Shown: piece by piece, positions 17,869-33,061 of the stretch | Position numbering within the stretch: the stretch's first letter is position 1 | How the letters are laid out: each line of letters begins with the position of its first letter | Source: Streptosporangiaceae bacterium | GTDB lineage: Bacteria; Actinomycetota; Actinomycetes; Streptosporangiales; Streptosporangiaceae | Assembly: GCA_036391385.1 (NCBI GenBank) | Contig: DASWAA010000232.1 | Location: forward strand, 1 to 61,727 | Direction: 5' to 3' | Length of the DNA stretch: 61,727 nt | Notes under the pieces: generated by a model | Told to the model about the DNA's origin: nothing | Seen by the model: only the letters and a program-made list of their open reading frames with translations | Databases searched by the model: none | Made by a program: the position numbers and the translations under genes

Positions 17869-19403
17869 CTCCCTGCCTCCGCCGCCACGCCGTCCGCGAT
17901 GGCGATGCCTTTCGCCTCGGATAGCAGCGGGTGCCCGCGTCGCTGGTCGAGCGCGCCCTCGATCGCGGCGCCAACCCGGTAGAGCCGGTCGTCCGCGAGC
18001 ACCGGCGCCATGATCTGCAGGCCCACCGGCAGGCCGTCCTCCGGGGCAAGGCCGCACGGCACCGACATCGCCGCGTTGCCCGCCAGGTTGCCGGGGATCG
18101 TGCACAGGTCGGCCAGGTACATCGCCATCGGATCGTCGGCTCGCTCGCCGATCGGGAAGGCGGTGGTCGGCGTGGTCGGCGATATCAGCACGTCCGCCTG
18201 GTCGAACGCGGCGGCGAAATCGCGCGCGATCAGCGTGCGGACCTGCTGCGCCTTACCGTAGTAGGCGTCGTAGTAGCCGCTGGACAGCGCGTAGGTGCCG
18301 AGCATGATCCGGCGCTTGACCTCGGCTCCGAAGCCGGCCGCCCTGGTCAGGCTCATCACCTCCTCGGCGCTGGCCACCCCGTCGTCGCCTACCCGCAGCC
18401 CGTAGCGCATCGCGTCGAACCTGGCCAGGTTGGACGAGCACTCACTCGGCGCGATCAGGTAGTAGGCGGGCAGCGCGTAGCTGAAGTGCGGGCAGGACAC
18501 CTCGGTGATCTTGGCGCCCAGCGACTCGAGCAGCTCGACCGCCTCGTTGAACCTGGCGATCACGCCAGGGGCGTAGCCCTCGCCGCCGAGCTCGGTTACC
18601 ACGCCGACCCGCAGCCCAGCCACGTCCGCGTTCCTTGCCGCCGTGACCACGGCAGGCACCGGCGCGTCCAGCGAGGTCGAGTCACACGGGTCGTGCCCGG
18701 AGATCGCCTCGTGCAGCAGCGCCGCGTCGAGCACGGTGCGCGACAGCGGCCCCGGCGTGTCCAGCGACGACGCGAACGCCACCAGCCCGTACCTGGAGGA
18801 CCCGCCGTAGGTCGGCTTGACGCCGACCAGGCCGCAGACAGCGGCCGGCTGGCGGATCGAGCCGCCGGTGTCGGTCCCGATGCCCAGCGGTGCCTGGTAG
18901 GCGGCGACCGCTGCCGCCGAGCCGCCCGACGATCCGCCCGGTACCCGGTTCAGGTCCCATGGGTTGCGGGACGGCCCGAACGCCGAGTTCTCCGTCGAGG
19001 ACCCCATGGCGAACTCGTCCATGTTTGTCTTGCCGAGTATGACCACCCCGGCCGCGCGCAGCCTGGCCGTGACCGTGGCGTCGTACGGCGGCTGCCAGCG
19101 GGCGAGGATCTGCGACCCGCAGGTCGTCGGCATGTCGGTCGTGGTGAAGACATCCTTGAGCGCCAGCGGGACTCCGGCCAGCGGCCCGAGCGGCTCCCCG
19201 GCCGCACGTCTGGCGTCGACCGCACGGGCCGCTGCCAGCGCCTGCTCCTCGGCCACGTGCAGGAACGCCCGGACCTGGACATCGGTCAGGGCGATCCGGT
19301 CAAGATGCGCCCTGGTCAGCTCGACGGAGCTGACCTCGCCGGCAGCGACCGCGGCGGCCATCTGCGCGGCCGTCAGCGTGATCAGCTCGTTGTGACCGGT
19401 CAT
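17865..19403 (-). CDS. gatA: Asp-tRNA(Asn)/Glu-tRNA(Gln) amidotransferase subunit A
   Basis: It has the amidase signature [13 protein letters not shown]...[13 protein letters not shown], and sits between gatC and gatB. Confidence 0.94.
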   Translation of the reverse strand: MTGHNELITLTAAQMAAAVAAGEVSSVELTRAHLDRIALTDVQVRAFLHVAEEQALAAARAVDARRAAGEPLGPLAGVPLALKDVFTTTDMPTTCGSQILARWQPPYDATVTARLRAAGVVILGKTNMDEFAMGSSTENSAFGPSRNPWDLNRVPGGSSGGSAAAVAAYQAPLGIGTDTGGSIRQPAAVCGLVGVKPTYGGSSRYGLVAFASSLDTPGPLSRTVLDAALLHEAISGHDPCDSTSLDAPVPAVVTAARNADVAGLRVGVVTELGGEGYAPGVIARFNEAVELLESLGAKITEVSCPHFSYALPAYYLIAPSECSSNLARFDAMRYGLRVGDDGVASAEEVMSLTRAAGFGAEVKRRIMLGTYALSSGYYDAYYGKAQQVRTLIARDFAAAFDQADVLISPTTPTTAFPIGERADDPMAMYLADLCTIPGNLAGNAAMSVPCGLAPEDGLPVGLQIMAPVLADDRLYRVGAAIEGALDQRRGHPLLSEAKGIAIADGVAAEAGR

Positions 19404-19405
19404 CG

Positions 19406-19702
19406 TCAGTCCTCCGCAAGGATGCGAGGAACCCGGAACCGTCCCTGCTCGGCGGCCGGTGCCTGGGCGAGTGCCAGGTCGGCGCCGAGCGGCGGCACGA
19501 TGACATCCTCGCGGAAGACGTTGGTGAGCTCGGCGACGTGGGTGGTCGGCGGGATGTCGACGGCCGCGACCTCCTGCACCCTGGCCACGGCACCGATGAT
19601 CACGTCGAGCTGCTCGGCGAAGTGCTCGAGCTCGGCGTCACTGAGCGCGAGCCTGGACAGCCTGGCGAGGTGGGCTACCTCATCACGGGTAATGGACACC
19701 AA
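19406..19702 (-). CDS. gatC: Asp-tRNA(Asn)/Glu-tRNA(Gln) amidotransferase subunit C
   Basis: This 98-aa protein reads [36 protein letters not shown]. Its stop lies 2 nt upstream of the gatA start. Confidence 0.9.
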   Translation of the reverse strand: MVSITRDEVAHLARLSRLALSDAELEHFAEQLDVIIGAVARVQEVAAVDIPPTTHVAELTNVFREDVIVPPLGADLALAQAPAAEQGRFRVPRILAED

Positions 19703-19783
19703 GCCATCCTAGAGGCCGCCCGCTAGCCGGACCGAGCGCATTAGGCCTGCCGGCCCGCGCTGCGCCCGCGATCCGGCTCTGGC

Positions 19784-21973
19784 TCACGCTCCCGGTGCCG
19801 CGGCGAGCTCGGTGCCGGACACCGCCTGGACCGGTCCGGAGCCGAGCGGACCGGCACCGATCGGACTTGGCCCGATCTGGCCGGGCCGGTGCAACCGCAC
19901 GGGGGACCCGTGTGCCCGGCGGCGCATGCCCGAGACCGGATCCTGAGCGAGGCGCTCGGTCAGCCACTCCGTGGCCCTGACGGCATCGAGCGGCCTGGCG
20001 AAGTACCAGCCCTGCGCGCCGTCGCAGCCGATCTTGCGCAGCGCCGCGGCGACGGCCTCGGTCTCGACGCCCTCCCCGATCGAGCGGATTCGCAGCGACT
20101 GGGCCAGCCGGACGAGTGACTCGACGGTCGGGGCCCGCTCCGGGCAGTCAGGAAGCCCGCTGACCAGGGAAGGTGCGAGCTTCACCTCACTGACACCCAG
20201 CCTGGTGAGGTGCGCCAGGGAAGAGTAACCGGTACCGAAGTCGTCGAGGCTGATCCCGACGCCTAGCTCGGCGAGCGCCTTAAGCACCTCAGCCGACTGG
20301 CCGGCCCGGCCGGCCAGCACCTGCTCGTCGACATCCAGCCGCAGCGCGCACGGCTTCAGGTCGTGCTTGCGCAGGGCCTGGGTGACCAGGTCGACTATGT
20401 GCAGGCCGAGCAGGTCCCTGGCCGGAAGGTTGACCGACACCTGCACGCACAGCCCGGTGCTCCACCATCTCGCCGCCTGCGCGAGCGCCCTGTCGACGAC
20501 CAGTGAGGTGAGCTCGCTGGTCAGGTGTGACTGCTCGGCCAGGCCGATGAACTCGGACGCCTCGAGCACCCCGCGGCGCGGATGCCGCCAGCGGGCGAGC
20601 GCCTCCATCCCGATCACCTGCTCGTCGGCGAGCAGGATCTTGGGCTGGAAGTGCAGCTCGATCTCGCCGTTGTGGATGGCGCCGCGCAGGTCCCCGAGCA
20701 GCGCGAGCCGCTCGGCGGAGTTACGGTCCGAATCAGCCTGGTACCGCTCGATGCCGGTAAGGCGCTCCTTGGCGACGTACATGGCGACGTCGGCGCGCTG
20801 CATGAGCTGCTCGAAGGTACGGGCGTCGTCGGGGTAGATCGCGATCCCGATGCTGGCCTGTACCCGGAAGGTCATCGTCTCAAGGCCCAGCGGCTCGGCG
20901 AGAGCGGCCCGGAGCCTGGAGGCGACCTCCCTGGCGGCAGCGGCTTCCTTGACGGCCGGGAGCAGCACGGCGAACTCGTCGCCGCCTAGCCGGGCCACGA
21001 CGTCGCCTGGCCGGACGCTGTGCGCGAGCCGGTGCGCCACTACCTGGAGCAGCCGGTCGCCGACGGCATGCCCCAGGGTGTCGTTGACCTGCTTGAGCCC
21101 GGTGCTACGGTCCAGGTCGATCAGCAAGAACCCGACCTTGGCTCCGCTGCTCCCCGCGCTGGCCAGCGCCTCCGCGCTGCGGCGCGCCAGCAGTTTCCTG
21201 TTGAGCAGGCCGGTGAGCTCGTCGTGGCTCGCCTGGTGCTCCCGCTGCACCGAAGTCGCCGCGCTGAAATACAGGGCCGCGAGCGGCAGTGCCAGCAGGG
21301 CGACGATCAGCGCCGACTTTGTCGTCATCACCACCGTGACCAGGGGCGCGGTCCCGAACAACAGCACGTGCGACAGCGCCTGGAAAGCCAGGTGCGTCCG
21401 CACGACGGCCAGGGGCGGCGTCCGGCTAGCGAGCGCGATCGCGCAGGCCACCAGGCTGAAGTTGACCACGAAGTAGGCCACCCCCGCGAGTCCCAGGATC
21501 ACGAGCTTCGCACCGTGCGGCACCCACGGGTCACCGATCTGGGGCCTGACGCCGGCCATCAGCAAGACCCCTTCGGCGGCACCCAGGCTCAGGCTGAGCT
21601 GGGCGGCGTTGAAGGCGACTCGCTGCGCTGAGTTGCGCTGGGCAAGGCCGATGACGACGACCGCAGCGGCGCGCAGCAGGACGGCGACGGGGAACCCCCA
21701 GTACATCAGCGCGGCCACGGTGATGGTCTTCGACACGGCCGCCCCGTCGCAACCGGCTCGCCCGGGAGTCGGGATCCGCCAGATCTCGCCGACGAGGATC
21801 ATCCCTCCGACGACCCAGAACAGCGGCTGGGTCAGGAGCGTCTCAGCGTGATGCATCTGCTGGGCGGTCGCGAGCACCAGGACCGCTCCGGCTGCAGTGA
21901 CCGCGGTCATGAATATCCACGGCGGAGAGCCTGGACGCGGTCCGACATTGCGCATGTCGTTCGGGTTCCTCAT
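19784..21973 (-). CDS. Membrane-bound GGDEF-EAL protein with canonical motifs
   Basis: It has a polytopic N-terminus. Motifs are HDELTGLLNR...RLGGDEFAVLL, EALARWRHP, DDFGTGYSSLAHL, KLAPSLV and EGVETE...GCDGAQGWYFARP. The start was chosen at ATG 21973 (MRNPND); the track ORF starts 18 codons earlier. Confidence 0.88.
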   Translation of the reverse strand: MRNPNDMRNVGPRPGSPPWIFMTAVTAAGAVLVLATAQQMHHAETLLTQPLFWVVGGMILVGEIWRIPTPGRAGCDGAAVSKTITVAALMYWGFPVAVLLRAAAVVVIGLAQRNSAQRVAFNAAQLSLSLGAAEGVLLMAGVRPQIGDPWVPHGAKLVILGLAGVAYFVVNFSLVACAIALASRTPPLAVVRTHLAFQALSHVLLFGTAPLVTVVMTTKSALIVALLALPLAALYFSAATSVQREHQASHDELTGLLNRKLLARRSAEALASAGSSGAKVGFLLIDLDRSTGLKQVNDTLGHAVGDRLLQVVAHRLAHSVRPGDVVARLGGDEFAVLLPAVKEAAAAREVASRLRAALAEPLGLETMTFRVQASIGIAIYPDDARTFEQLMQRADVAMYVAKERLTGIERYQADSDRNSAERLALLGDLRGAIHNGEIELHFQPKILLADEQVIGMEALARWRHPRRGVLEASEFIGLAEQSHLTSELTSLVVDRALAQAARWWSTGLCVQVSVNLPARDLLGLHIVDLVTQALRKHDLKPCALRLDVDEQVLAGRAGQSAEVLKALAELGVGISLDDFGTGYSSLAHLTRLGVSEVKLAPSLVSGLPDCPERAPTVESLVRLAQSLRIRSIGEGVETEAVAAALRKIGCDGAQGWYFARPLDAVRATEWLTERLAQDPVSGMRRRAHGSPVRLHRPGQIGPSPIGAGPLGSGPVQAVSGTELAAAPGA

Positions 21974-22170
21974 AGCGTCCTCACGGGCCGCCGGATTTAA
22001 CCGGGGGGGTACCGGTACGTGAATCACAGTCGGCAGCGTACTTGTGCCGTCACACCTGACGAAGCCATACGCATACTATCTGTTACTAGACGCCTTGTCG
22101 TAGTTAACTAATTACAGAATGCGAAGTGTCCTGGTAGCAGGCGGTAAGCGCCGCACCGTCGGACGGCGAG

Positions 22171-25424
<3,254 letters not shown>

Positions 25425-25490
25425 ATCCTAGCGACCGGGTCTGTCGCCCTGCTGTGGCTCGCCTGAGCAGGAAGCGCCAGATCCTGGCGG

Positions 25491-26597
25491 CTACGCCGTG
25501 GTCGCGACCGCGGCCGTAGCCGCGATCGTCGCGCTGCCGAGCACGGTGTCGCCGTCGTAGAGCACAGCGGCCTGTCCCCTGGCGACGCCGCGAGCCGGCG
25601 TGTGCAGCGCGATGAACAGCGATCCGTCCTCCAGCCAGCAGGTCGCCTGGCAGACCTCCCCGTGCGCGCGCAGCTGGACGGTTGCCTCGATCGGGCGCTC
25701 GGGCGGCTCGCAGCCGGTCCATACTGGCCTGACGGCAGTGATCTGGCCGACCTCGAGCGCCCTGGCCGGGCCGACCCTGATCGTGTTCGAGGCAGGCTCG
25801 ATGTCGAGCACGTACCGGGGCTTGCCGTCCGCGGCCGGGCGGGCGAGCCGCAGGCCGCGGCGCTGCCCGACAGTAAAGCCGTAGCTGCCGTCATGCCTGC
25901 CGATGACCTGGCCATCAGGGTCGACGATCGGGCCGGGGGCTGAGCCGATCCTGCGCTGGAGGAAGCCGCGGGTATCACCATCGGCGATGAAGCAGATGTC
26001 GTGGCTGTCCGGCTTGTCCGCCACGGCCAGGCCACGCCTGGCCGCCTCGGCCCGCACCTGCTCCTTGGTGGAGTCGCCGAGCGGGAACATCGCACGGCTC
26101 AGCTGCCCCGGCGTCAGGACGGCGAGCACGTAGGACTGATCCTTCGCCGGGTCGACGCTGCGGACCAGCCGCGGGTGCCGGGCGCCGGCCAGCGGCTCGA
26201 GCCGCGCGTGGTGGCCGGTGCAGACGGCGTCGAAGCCGAGCGCGACGGCACGGTCGAGCACCGCGGTGAACTTGATCTTCTCGTTGCAGCGCAGGCACGG
26301 ATTGGGCGTGCTGCCGCTGGCGTACCCGGCGACGAAGTCCTGCACTACGTCGGCGTCGAACCGGTCGGCCATGTCCCATACGTAGAACGGGATCCCGATC
26401 ACGTCGGCCGCCCGCCTGGCGTCCCTGGCGTCTTCCAGCGTGCAGCAGCCGCGAGCGCCGGTCCGGTATGAACTCGGGTTCGCCGAGAGCGCGAGATGCA
26501 CGCCGGTTACCTCGTGCCCCGCCTCGGCGGCCCTGGCGGCCGCGACGGCCGAGTCGACCCCGCCGGACATGGCCGCGAGCACGCGCAGCCCGGTCAC
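25491..26597 (-). CDS. mnmA: tRNA 2-thiouridine(34) synthase
   Basis: GTG 26597 overlaps the upstream stop (GTGA). The PP-loop is [15 protein letters not shown], and it also has [12 protein letters not shown] and ATGHHARL-like CTGHHARL. Confidence 0.92.
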   Translation of the reverse strand: MTGLRVLAAMSGGVDSAVAAARAAEAGHEVTGVHLALSANPSSYRTGARGCCTLEDARDARRAADVIGIPFYVWDMADRFDADVVQDFVAGYASGSTPNPCLRCNEKIKFTAVLDRAVALGFDAVCTGHHARLEPLAGARHPRLVRSVDPAKDQSYVLAVLTPGQLSRAMFPLGDSTKEQVRAEAARRGLAVADKPDSHDICFIADGDTRGFLQRRIGSAPGPIVDPDGQVIGRHDGSYGFTVGQRRGLRLARPAADGKPRYVLDIEPASNTIRVGPARALEVGQITAVRPVWTGCEPPERPIEATVQLRAHGEVCQATCWLEDGSLFIALHTPARGVARGQAAVLYDGDTVLGSATIAATAAVATTA

Positions 26598-27865
26598 CGG
26601 CCCGCCCGCCTGGCCCGCTCGACGACCTCGCCAAGCACCGCGGCGAGCGACTCGACGTCCTCCCGCGTGCTCGTCCAGCCCAGCGAGAACCGCAGCGAGC
26701 CGCGGGCTCGCGCATGGTCTGCGCCCATCGCCAGCAGCACGTGGCTGGGCTGTGCGATCCCCGCCGTGCAGGCCGACCCGGTTGAGCACGCGATGCCCTT
26801 CGCGTCGAGCAGCATCAGCAGGGCATCGCCCTCGCAGCCCGGGAAGGAGAAATGCGCATTGCCTGGCAGCCGGTACGCTCCAGGTTCCGGCCCGTTCAGG
26901 ACGGCATCGGGAACGATCACGCGGACCCGCTCAACGAGCAGGTCACGTAGCTCGCCGACCTGAGCGGCGTGCTCTTCCCTGCGCGCGGCCGCATGCTCGA
27001 CCGCGACCGCGAATGCCCTGATTCCGGCCGTGTCGAGCGTCCCCGACCTGACGTCGCGCTCCTGGCCTCCGCCGTGCAGGACCGGCACAGGCTCCTCGCC
27101 GCGCGCCAGGAGCAGCGCCCCCGATCCCACCGGGCCGCCGAGCTTGTGCGCCGTGATCGTCAGGGCCGTCGCTCCGCTCGCGGCCAGGCTGACCGGCAGC
27201 TGCCCGGCGGCCTGGACGGCGTCGCTGTGGAACGGTATGCCGTGCTCGGCGCACACCTGCGCAAGCTCGCTGACCGGCTGGACGGCGCCGACCTCGTTGT
27301 TCGCCCACATCACGCTGACCAGCGCGACGCTGGCCGGATCCGGCTCGATCGCCTCCCGCAGCACGTCCGGGCTGAGCAGGCCCGACCTGTCTACCGGCAG
27401 GTACTCGACGACCGCGCCCTGGTGCCTGCCGAGCCATTCCGCGCAGTCGAGCACGGCATGGTGCTCGATCGAGGTAGCCAGGACCCGGCGCCGCGGCCGC
27501 GGGCCGTCCTGACGCGCCCAGTACAGCCCTTTGACCGCCAGGTTGTCGGCCTCGGTACCACCGCTTGTGAGAACGACTTCGCTTGGCCTGGCCCCGTACA
27601 CCTGCGCGATCTGCTCACGTGACTCCTCGACCACCCGACGGGCCCGGCGGCCCGCATTGTGCAGCGAGGAGGGATTCCCGGTCTGGGCCAGTTCCTCGGT
27701 CATCGCGGCGACCGCCTCGGGCAGCATCGGCGTCGTCGCGGCATGATCAAGGTAGACGCGTGCGTCAGCGTCGCGCCGTACCTGGACCACTGCACCCGGA
27801 TGGTCGCTGGCAGCCGGCCTGGCGGCGATTCCGGGGAGGTCGCCGACTGGTTCGAGGTTCGCCAT
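26594..27865 (-). CDS. Cysteine desulfurase (NifS/IscS-like, class V aminotransferase); start uncertain
   Basis: The sequence contains YLDHAATTP...[23 protein letters not shown] (PLP lysine) and the catalytic-loop SSGSAC-like STGSACTAG. It is coupled to mnmA. Confidence 0.88.
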   Translation of the reverse strand: MANLEPVGDLPGIAARPAASDHPGAVVQVRRDADARVYLDHAATTPMLPEAVAAMTEELAQTGNPSSLHNAGRRARRVVEESREQIAQVYGARPSEVVLTSGGTEADNLAVKGLYWARQDGPRPRRRVLATSIEHHAVLDCAEWLGRHQGAVVEYLPVDRSGLLSPDVLREAIEPDPASVALVSVMWANNEVGAVQPVSELAQVCAEHGIPFHSDAVQAAGQLPVSLAASGATALTITAHKLGGPVGSGALLLARGEEPVPVLHGGGQERDVRSGTLDTAGIRAFAVAVEHAAARREEHAAQVGELRDLLVERVRVIVPDAVLNGPEPGAYRLPGNAHFSFPGCEGDALLMLLDAKGIACSTGSACTAGIAQPSHVLLAMGADHARARGSLRFSLGWTSTREDVESLAAVLGEVVERARRAGR

Positions 27866-27917
27866 GGTGATTCCAGCCTAACGGGACGCTAACGCCACTA
27901 GGCCCAGGCAGTTTCAT

Positions 27918-27962
27918 GGTCACGGCGGGATTGCCGCTCCAGGGCGGGATCCCGCCGCGACC
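27918..27962 (-). terminator. Stem-loop downstream of etfA
   Basis: GGTCACGGCGGGAT (27918..27931) pairs with ATCCCGCCGCGACC (27949..27962) with one bulge. It lies 12 nt after the etfA stop on the minus strand. Confidence 0.45.
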
Positions 27963-27973
27963 ATGCCATCGGA

Positions 27974-28927
27974 TCAGCCCTTGCGCTTGCCGATCTCCTC
28001 GACAAGCTGCGGCACGACCTTGAACAGGTCACCCACCACGCCGAAGTCCGCGAGCTCGAAGATGGGCGCTTCCGGGTCCTTGTTGACCACCATGATCGTC
28101 TTGGACGTCTGCATCCCGGCCCTGTGCTGGATGGCTCCGGAGATGCCCACGGCCACATAGAGCTGCGGGGAGACGGTCTTGCCGGTCTGGCCGACCTGAA
28201 ACTGATGCGGGTACCAGCCAGCGTCGGTCACGGCACGGGACGCTCCAACCGCGGCGCCGAGTGAGTCGGCGAGCTGCTCGATCAGGGCCATGTTGTCGGC
28301 GGAGCCGACACCGCGCCCGCCGGACACCACGATGGAAGCCTCGGTGAGCTCTGGCCGCTCACCGCGCTGCTGCACGACCCGCCCGGTGATCCGCGCCTGC
28401 CTGGCCGCGTCGCTGACCGTGATGCTGACCGGCTCGATCACCGCCGGCCCGTCGGCCGGCTCGGGAGTGATCGCGTTCGGGCGCACCGCGATGATCGGCG
28501 TTCCGGTCCTGACGCGCGAGTTCACGTTGATCGCGCCGCCGAAGATCACCTGCTCGGCGCTGAGGTCGTCCGCGAGGCCCACAACGTCGGTCAGGATGCC
28601 CCAGCCGGTCTTGACCGCGAGCCGACCGCCGATCTCACGGCCCTCGGCAGTGCTCGGCAGCAGCACCGCGGCGGGGGAAGCCTGCCTGGCCAGTTCGGCC
28701 AGCAGTTCGGCCTTTGGCGCTACGACGTAGTCGTCGAACTCGGGCCCGTCAGCCACGTAGATCTTCGCCGCGCCGTACCCCGCGAGCCGCTCCTGCGCCT
28801 CTTGCGCGCCGGGGCCGGTCCAGACCACGGCGGGCTCGCCGAACCGTCGTGCGAGCGTCACAAGCTCGACGGTGACCTTCTTGACAGTCTCGCCTTCATG
28901 CTCGGCGAGTACCAGGATCTCAGCCAT
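27974..28927 (-). CDS. etfA: Electron transfer flavoprotein subunit alpha
   Basis: The sequence contains [10 protein letters not shown]...[10 protein letters not shown]...[11 protein letters not shown]...[29 protein letters not shown]. Confidence 0.93.
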   Translation of the reverse strand: MAEILVLAEHEGETVKKVTVELVTLARRFGEPAVVWTGPGAQEAQERLAGYGAAKIYVADGPEFDDYVVAPKAELLAELARQASPAAVLLPSTAEGREIGGRLAVKTGWGILTDVVGLADDLSAEQVIFGGAINVNSRVRTGTPIIAVRPNAITPEPADGPAVIEPVSITVSDAARQARITGRVVQQRGERPELTEASIVVSGGRGVGSADNMALIEQLADSLGAAVGASRAVTDAGWYPHQFQVGQTGKTVSPQLYVAVGISGAIQHRAGMQTSKTIMVVNKDPEAPIFELADFGVVGDLFKVVPQLVEEIGKRKG

Positions 28928-28947
28928 TGTCGGCAGCCTTTCCGCCC

Positions 28948-29727
28948 TCAGATGAACTTGCGTCCGGCGAGGAACTCGGCTGCCTTGCTGCCGCCGTCGC
29001 CTTCGTCGGTCACGACCGTGCCTGCCTGCCTGGGCGGCCGCTTCGCGAAGCTCAGCACCTCGCTGGCAGCGTTGGCCAGCCCGACGACGGCCGGGTCGAC
29101 CCCGGCGTCGGCCACGCTCATGGTCTGTACCGGCTTCTTCTTAGCCGCCATGATCCCCTTGAACGACGGGTACCGCGGCTCGTTGATCTTCTCGACCACG
29201 CTGACCACGGCGGGCAGGGTGGCCTCGACGGTGTCGTACCCGTAGTCGGCCAGCCGGTTGATGGTGATCGCCGTTCCGTCGATCTCCACCTTGCTGGCAT
29301 AGGACAGCTGCGGGACGCCGAGCCGCTCGGCCAGCATCGCCGGGAGCACTCCCGTCCGCGCGTCGGTCGACTCCGAGCCGAGTATCACCAGGTCGAAGCC
29401 GATCTGCCCGAGCACGGCCGCGAGGGCGGCCGAGGTGCCGAGAGTGTCGGAGCCAGCCAGCGCCTCGTCGACCAGGTGCACGGCCTTGTCCGCGCCCATC
29501 GACAGCGCCTTGCGGATCGACTCGGTGGCACGGTCCGGGCCCATCGACAAGATGGTCACCTCGCCACCGTGCGCCTCGGCGAGCCTGAGGCCCTCTTCGA
29601 TCGCGAACTCGTCAAGCTCGTTGATGACTGCATCGGCAGCGTCTCGGTCGAGCGTGGAGTCCGATTCCCTGAGCGTGCGCTCGGACCACGTGTCGGGTAC
29701 CTGCTTTACGCAGACGACGATGTTCAT
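28948..29727 (-). CDS. etfB: Electron transfer flavoprotein subunit beta
   Basis: The sequence contains MNIVVCVKQVPDT...NELDEFAIEEGLRL...VTILSMGP...DLVILGSESTDARTGVLPAMLAERLG. Confidence 0.93.
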   Translation of the reverse strand: MNIVVCVKQVPDTWSERTLRESDSTLDRDAADAVINELDEFAIEEGLRLAEAHGGEVTILSMGPDRATESIRKALSMGADKAVHLVDEALAGSDTLGTSAALAAVLGQIGFDLVILGSESTDARTGVLPAMLAERLGVPQLSYASKVEIDGTAITINRLADYGYDTVEATLPAVVSVVEKINEPRYPSFKGIMAAKKKPVQTMSVADAGVDPAVVGLANAASEVLSFAKRPPRQAGTVVTDEGDGGSKAAEFLAGRKFI

Positions 29728-29892
29728 GATCGGCGGCCGACCTCCCTGTCTGTGCTAGCCCGGGCAGGGATGTGCATCCCTGCTTTGCCAACCCGAGCAG
29801 TGCAAGCCTGCCAAACGGGGCAAGCGACCCGCATTCCGGGTCCTGGCATTGCGCTCCCGACTATGTTACTGGCTAGTAGCATAGCTCCGAAC

Positions 29893-30741
29893 TCAGGCCT
29901 GCCGCTCTGCCAGGCTCACCACGTTGGCGAGCAGCATCGCCCTGGTCATCGGCCCGACGCCGCCAGGCATCGGGGCCAGCCAGCCGGCTACCTCGGCGAC
30001 TTCCGGGTGGACGTCGCCGACCAGCCCCTCGCCTGTCCTGGTGATCCCGACGTCGAGCACCGTGGCGCCTGGCCTGATCATGTCAGCGGTGACCAGGCCA
30101 GGCTTCCCGGCGGCGGCCACCACGATGTCCGCGTTGATCGTATGGGTCTTGAGGTCGACGGTTCCGGTGTGACAGAGGGTCACGGTGGCGTTCTCGCTCC
30201 GCCTGGTCAGCAGCAGGCCGAGTGGCCGTCCGACGGTGACTCCGCGGCCGATGACGGTGACGTTCGCGCCCGCGACGGGTACCTGGTAACGGCGCAGCAG
30301 CTCGACGATTCCCAGCGGGGTGCAGGGAAGCGGAGCGGGCTCGCCGAGTACCAGCCTGCCGAGGTTCATCGGGTGCAGGCCGTCGGCGTCCTTGTCCGGG
30401 TCCATCAGCTCGAGCACCGGCTGGCTCGCCAGGCCCGCGGGCAGCGGAAGCTGGACGATGAACCCGGTGCACTCCCGGCTGGCGTTGAGCTCAGCGACGA
30501 CGTCCTGCACCTGCTGCTGACTGGCGCTCGCCGGCAGGTCCCGCCGGATGCTGGCAATGCCGACCTGCGCGCTGTCCTTGTGCTTGCCGGCCACGTAGAC
30601 GGCGCTGCCGGGGTCGTCACCGACCAGGACGGTGGCCAGCCCGGGGACGATGCCACGAGCGGCCAGTGCGGCCACCCGCTCGGTGAGTTCGGCGCGGATG
30701 GCGGCGGCTGTGGCCTTGCCGTCCAGGATGATCGCGGTCAC
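29893..30741 (-). CDS. folD: Bifunctional methylenetetrahydrofolate dehydrogenase/cyclohydrolase
   Basis: The GTG 30741 start ([16 protein letters not shown]) aligns with the usual FolD N-terminus; the track ORF starts 14 codons earlier. Motifs are [43 protein letters not shown] and PGGVGPMT. Confidence 0.9.
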   Translation of the reverse strand: MTAIILDGKATAAAIRAELTERVAALAARGIVPGLATVLVGDDPGSAVYVAGKHKDSAQVGIASIRRDLPASASQQQVQDVVAELNASRECTGFIVQLPLPAGLASQPVLELMDPDKDADGLHPMNLGRLVLGEPAPLPCTPLGIVELLRRYQVPVAGANVTVIGRGVTVGRPLGLLLTRRSENATVTLCHTGTVDLKTHTINADIVVAAAGKPGLVTADMIRPGATVLDVGITRTGEGLVGDVHPEVAEVAGWLAPMPGGVGPMTRAMLLANVVSLAERQA

Positions 30742-30815
30742 TGGCTCATTCTGGCCGGCCGGCGACGGCCGGGCGAGCCGCACCCGGCCAGCGGCGCGCC
30801 GGCGAGGACCAGCAC

Positions 30816-32423
30816 TCAGTGGAAGAAGTGCCGGACGCCGGTGAAGTAGAGGCTGATACCCGCCGCCTCCGCGGCCTCGATCACCTCGGCGTCCCGGACG
30901 GAGCCGCCCGGCTCGGCGACCGCGCGCACGCCGGCTTCCGCAAGCACCTCGAGCCCGTCGGCGAACGGGAAGTACGCGTCGCTCGCCGCGACCGAGCCAG
31001 CCGCCCGGTCACTCGCACGAGCGACGGCGAGTCTCGCCGCGTCCACCCGGTTGACCTGGCCCATGCCGATCCCGACCGACGCCTGCCCGCTGGCGAGCAG
31101 GATCGCGTTGGACTTGACGCTGCGGCAGGCGCGCCAGGCGAACTCCAGGTCGGCAAGCACGTCGCCGGCCGCCCCCGGGCCGGCGGCCAGCTGCCAGCCC
31201 GGCACCCGGTCCCCCGCCTCGGCGACGGCGTCGGCTGCCTGCATGAGCAGCCCGCCGCCGACCTGCCGCCACTCGACCGCCGCCCCCGCGCCCTGCGGCA
31301 GGGCACCGGCATCGCTCGTCCATCCCTCGGGCTGCGCACAGCGCAGGAGTCGCTGGTTCTTCTTCCTGGTCAAGATCTCCAGGGCGGCCGGCTCGAATCC
31401 GGGTGCGATGATCACCTCGGTGAAGATGTCGGCGATCTGGCCGGCCAGTTCGGCGGTGACCGCCCTGTTCGCGGCGATCACCCCGCCGAACGCGGAGACC
31501 GGGTCGCAAGCATGAGCCTTGCGGTGCGCCTCGGCGATGTCGGCACCGAGCGCGATCCCGCACGGATTTGAGTGCTTCATGATCGCAACGCAAGGTTCGG
31601 CGAACTCGTGAGCGGTGCGCCAGGCCGCATCGGCATCGACATAGTTGTTATAGGACATCGCCTTGCCGTGCAAGACGTCGGCGCCCGCTACTCCCTGACC
31701 GGCTGGCGCGCCGGCCGCCACGTACAGGGCCGCGCGCTGATGCGGGTTCTCGCCGTAGCGGAGCACGTCCCTGCGGTTCCACACGGCCGCGACCAGGTCG
31801 GGCCAGCCGGTCTGGCCGGCGGTCTCGTCCGGCGCGTAGGCCGACGCGAACCAGGATGCGATCGCCGCGTCGTAGCGCGCGGTGTGCGCGAACGCCTGGG
31901 CCGCCAGCCGCTTGCGCTGCTCGCGGGTGAACCCGCCTGCGGCCAGGGCCGCCTCGATCTCGGCGTAGCCGTCCGGGCTGGTGACGACGGCGACACTGGC
32001 GTGGTTCTTCGCCGCGGCCCTGACCATCGCCGGTCCGCCGATATCGATCTGCTCGACGCACTCCTCCTCGGCCGCCCCGCTGGCGACGGCCTGAGTGAAC
32101 GGATAGAGATTGGACACCAGGAGCTGGAACGGCGCGATCCCGAGCCGGTCGAGCTGCGCGGCGTGAGCTGGGTCCCGCAGGTCGGCGAGCAGTCCCGCGT
32201 GGACGCCCGGATGCAGCGTCTTGACCCGGCCGCCGAGGCACTCGGGGAAGCCGGTGACCGTCTCGACCTGAGTCACGGGGACACCTGCCGCCGTGATCGT
32301 CGCGGCTGTGCTGCCGGTGGAGACGATCTCTACGCCAGCGGAGTGCAGCGCCCTGGCGAGTCCCGCAAGCCCAGTCTTGTCGTACACGCTGACGAGTGCC
32401 CTGGTTATGGCAGTCCTGCTCAC
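30816..32423 (-). CDS. purH: Bifunctional AICAR transformylase / IMP cyclohydrolase
   Basis: GTG 32423 overlaps the purN stop (GTGA). The sequence contains [12 protein letters not shown]...STGSTA...[16 protein letters not shown]...HSNPCG...AFGGVIA...FTGVRHFFH. Confidence 0.93.
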   Translation of the reverse strand: MSRTAITRALVSVYDKTGLAGLARALHSAGVEIVSTGSTAATITAAGVPVTQVETVTGFPECLGGRVKTLHPGVHAGLLADLRDPAHAAQLDRLGIAPFQLLVSNLYPFTQAVASGAAEEECVEQIDIGGPAMVRAAAKNHASVAVVTSPDGYAEIEAALAAGGFTREQRKRLAAQAFAHTARYDAAIASWFASAYAPDETAGQTGWPDLVAAVWNRRDVLRYGENPHQRAALYVAAGAPAGQGVAGADVLHGKAMSYNNYVDADAAWRTAHEFAEPCVAIMKHSNPCGIALGADIAEAHRKAHACDPVSAFGGVIAANRAVTAELAGQIADIFTEVIIAPGFEPAALEILTRKKNQRLLRCAQPEGWTSDAGALPQGAGAAVEWRQVGGGLLMQAADAVAEAGDRVPGWQLAAGPGAAGDVLADLEFAWRACRSVKSNAILLASGQASVGIGMGQVNRVDAARLAVARASDRAAGSVAASDAYFPFADGLEVLAEAGVRAVAEPGGSVRDAEVIEAAEAAGISLYFTGVRHFFH

Positions 32424-33046
32424 CGCGCAGATCCCTCCTGATGTCCGATCGTGACCCTGCGACCGCTGACCGACCATCCCTTGCCGAGCATCGCCGTGAC
32501 CGTCTGTACCAGCAGGGAGCGCTCGGCGGTCTTCACCCGCTCGGTCAGCGTCTCTTCGTCGTCGTCGGGGCGTACCGGCACGGCCGCCTGGGCGACCACC
32601 GGCCCGGAGTCGATGCCAGCATCGACAAGGAAGATCGTGCAGCCGGTGACCTTGACCCCGTACTCCAGTGCGTCGCGGACCCCGTGCATGCCGGGGAAGG
32701 ACGGCAGCAGAGCCGGGTGCGAGTTGATGCAGCGGCCCGAGTACTCGGCGAGGAAACGTGGCCCGAACAGCTTCATGAACCCCGCGCAGACGATCAGATC
32801 CGGGCGATAGCTCAGGCAGGTAGCGGTCAGCGTCTCGTCCCAGCCGCTACGGTCGGCGAAGTCGCCAACCCGGCAGACGAACGTCTCGATGCCCGCCGAC
32901 TCCGCCCGGCTGGCCGCCTTCGTGTCAGGCCGGTCGGCCCCGACGGCCACGATCTGTGCCTGCGCCGAGCCATCCGCCAGCGCGTCGATCAGGTGCTGCA
33001 GCAGCGTCCCCTCGCCAGACACCAGAACAAGCAGGCGTGATCGCAT
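32420..33046 (-). CDS. purN: Phosphoribosylglycinamide formyltransferase
   Basis: The sequence contains [19 protein letters not shown]...CAGFMKL...[15 protein letters not shown]...[19 protein letters not shown]. Confidence 0.92.
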   Translation of the reverse strand: MRSRLLVLVSGEGTLLQHLIDALADGSAQAQIVAVGADRPDTKAASRAESAGIETFVCRVGDFADRSGWDETLTATCLSYRPDLIVCAGFMKLFGPRFLAEYSGRCINSHPALLPSFPGMHGVRDALEYGVKVTGCTIFLVDAGIDSGPVVAQAAVPVRPDDDEETLTERVKTAERSLLVQTVTAMLGKGWSVSGRRVTIGHQEGSAR

Positions 33047-33061
33047 GCGGCCACCCTAACC

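Noticed and set aside
28927-30849. A 640-aa plus-strand ORF. Similar long ORFs occur at 17931..19712 (+), 15157..16692 (+), 41024..41956 (+) and 35698..36955 (+).
   Set aside because: All lie antisense to strongly recognisable genes (etfB/folD, gatA, the 2-hydroxyacid dehydrogenase, the APC permease, sucD/sucC). All have low-complexity Arg/Gly/Pro-rich translations.
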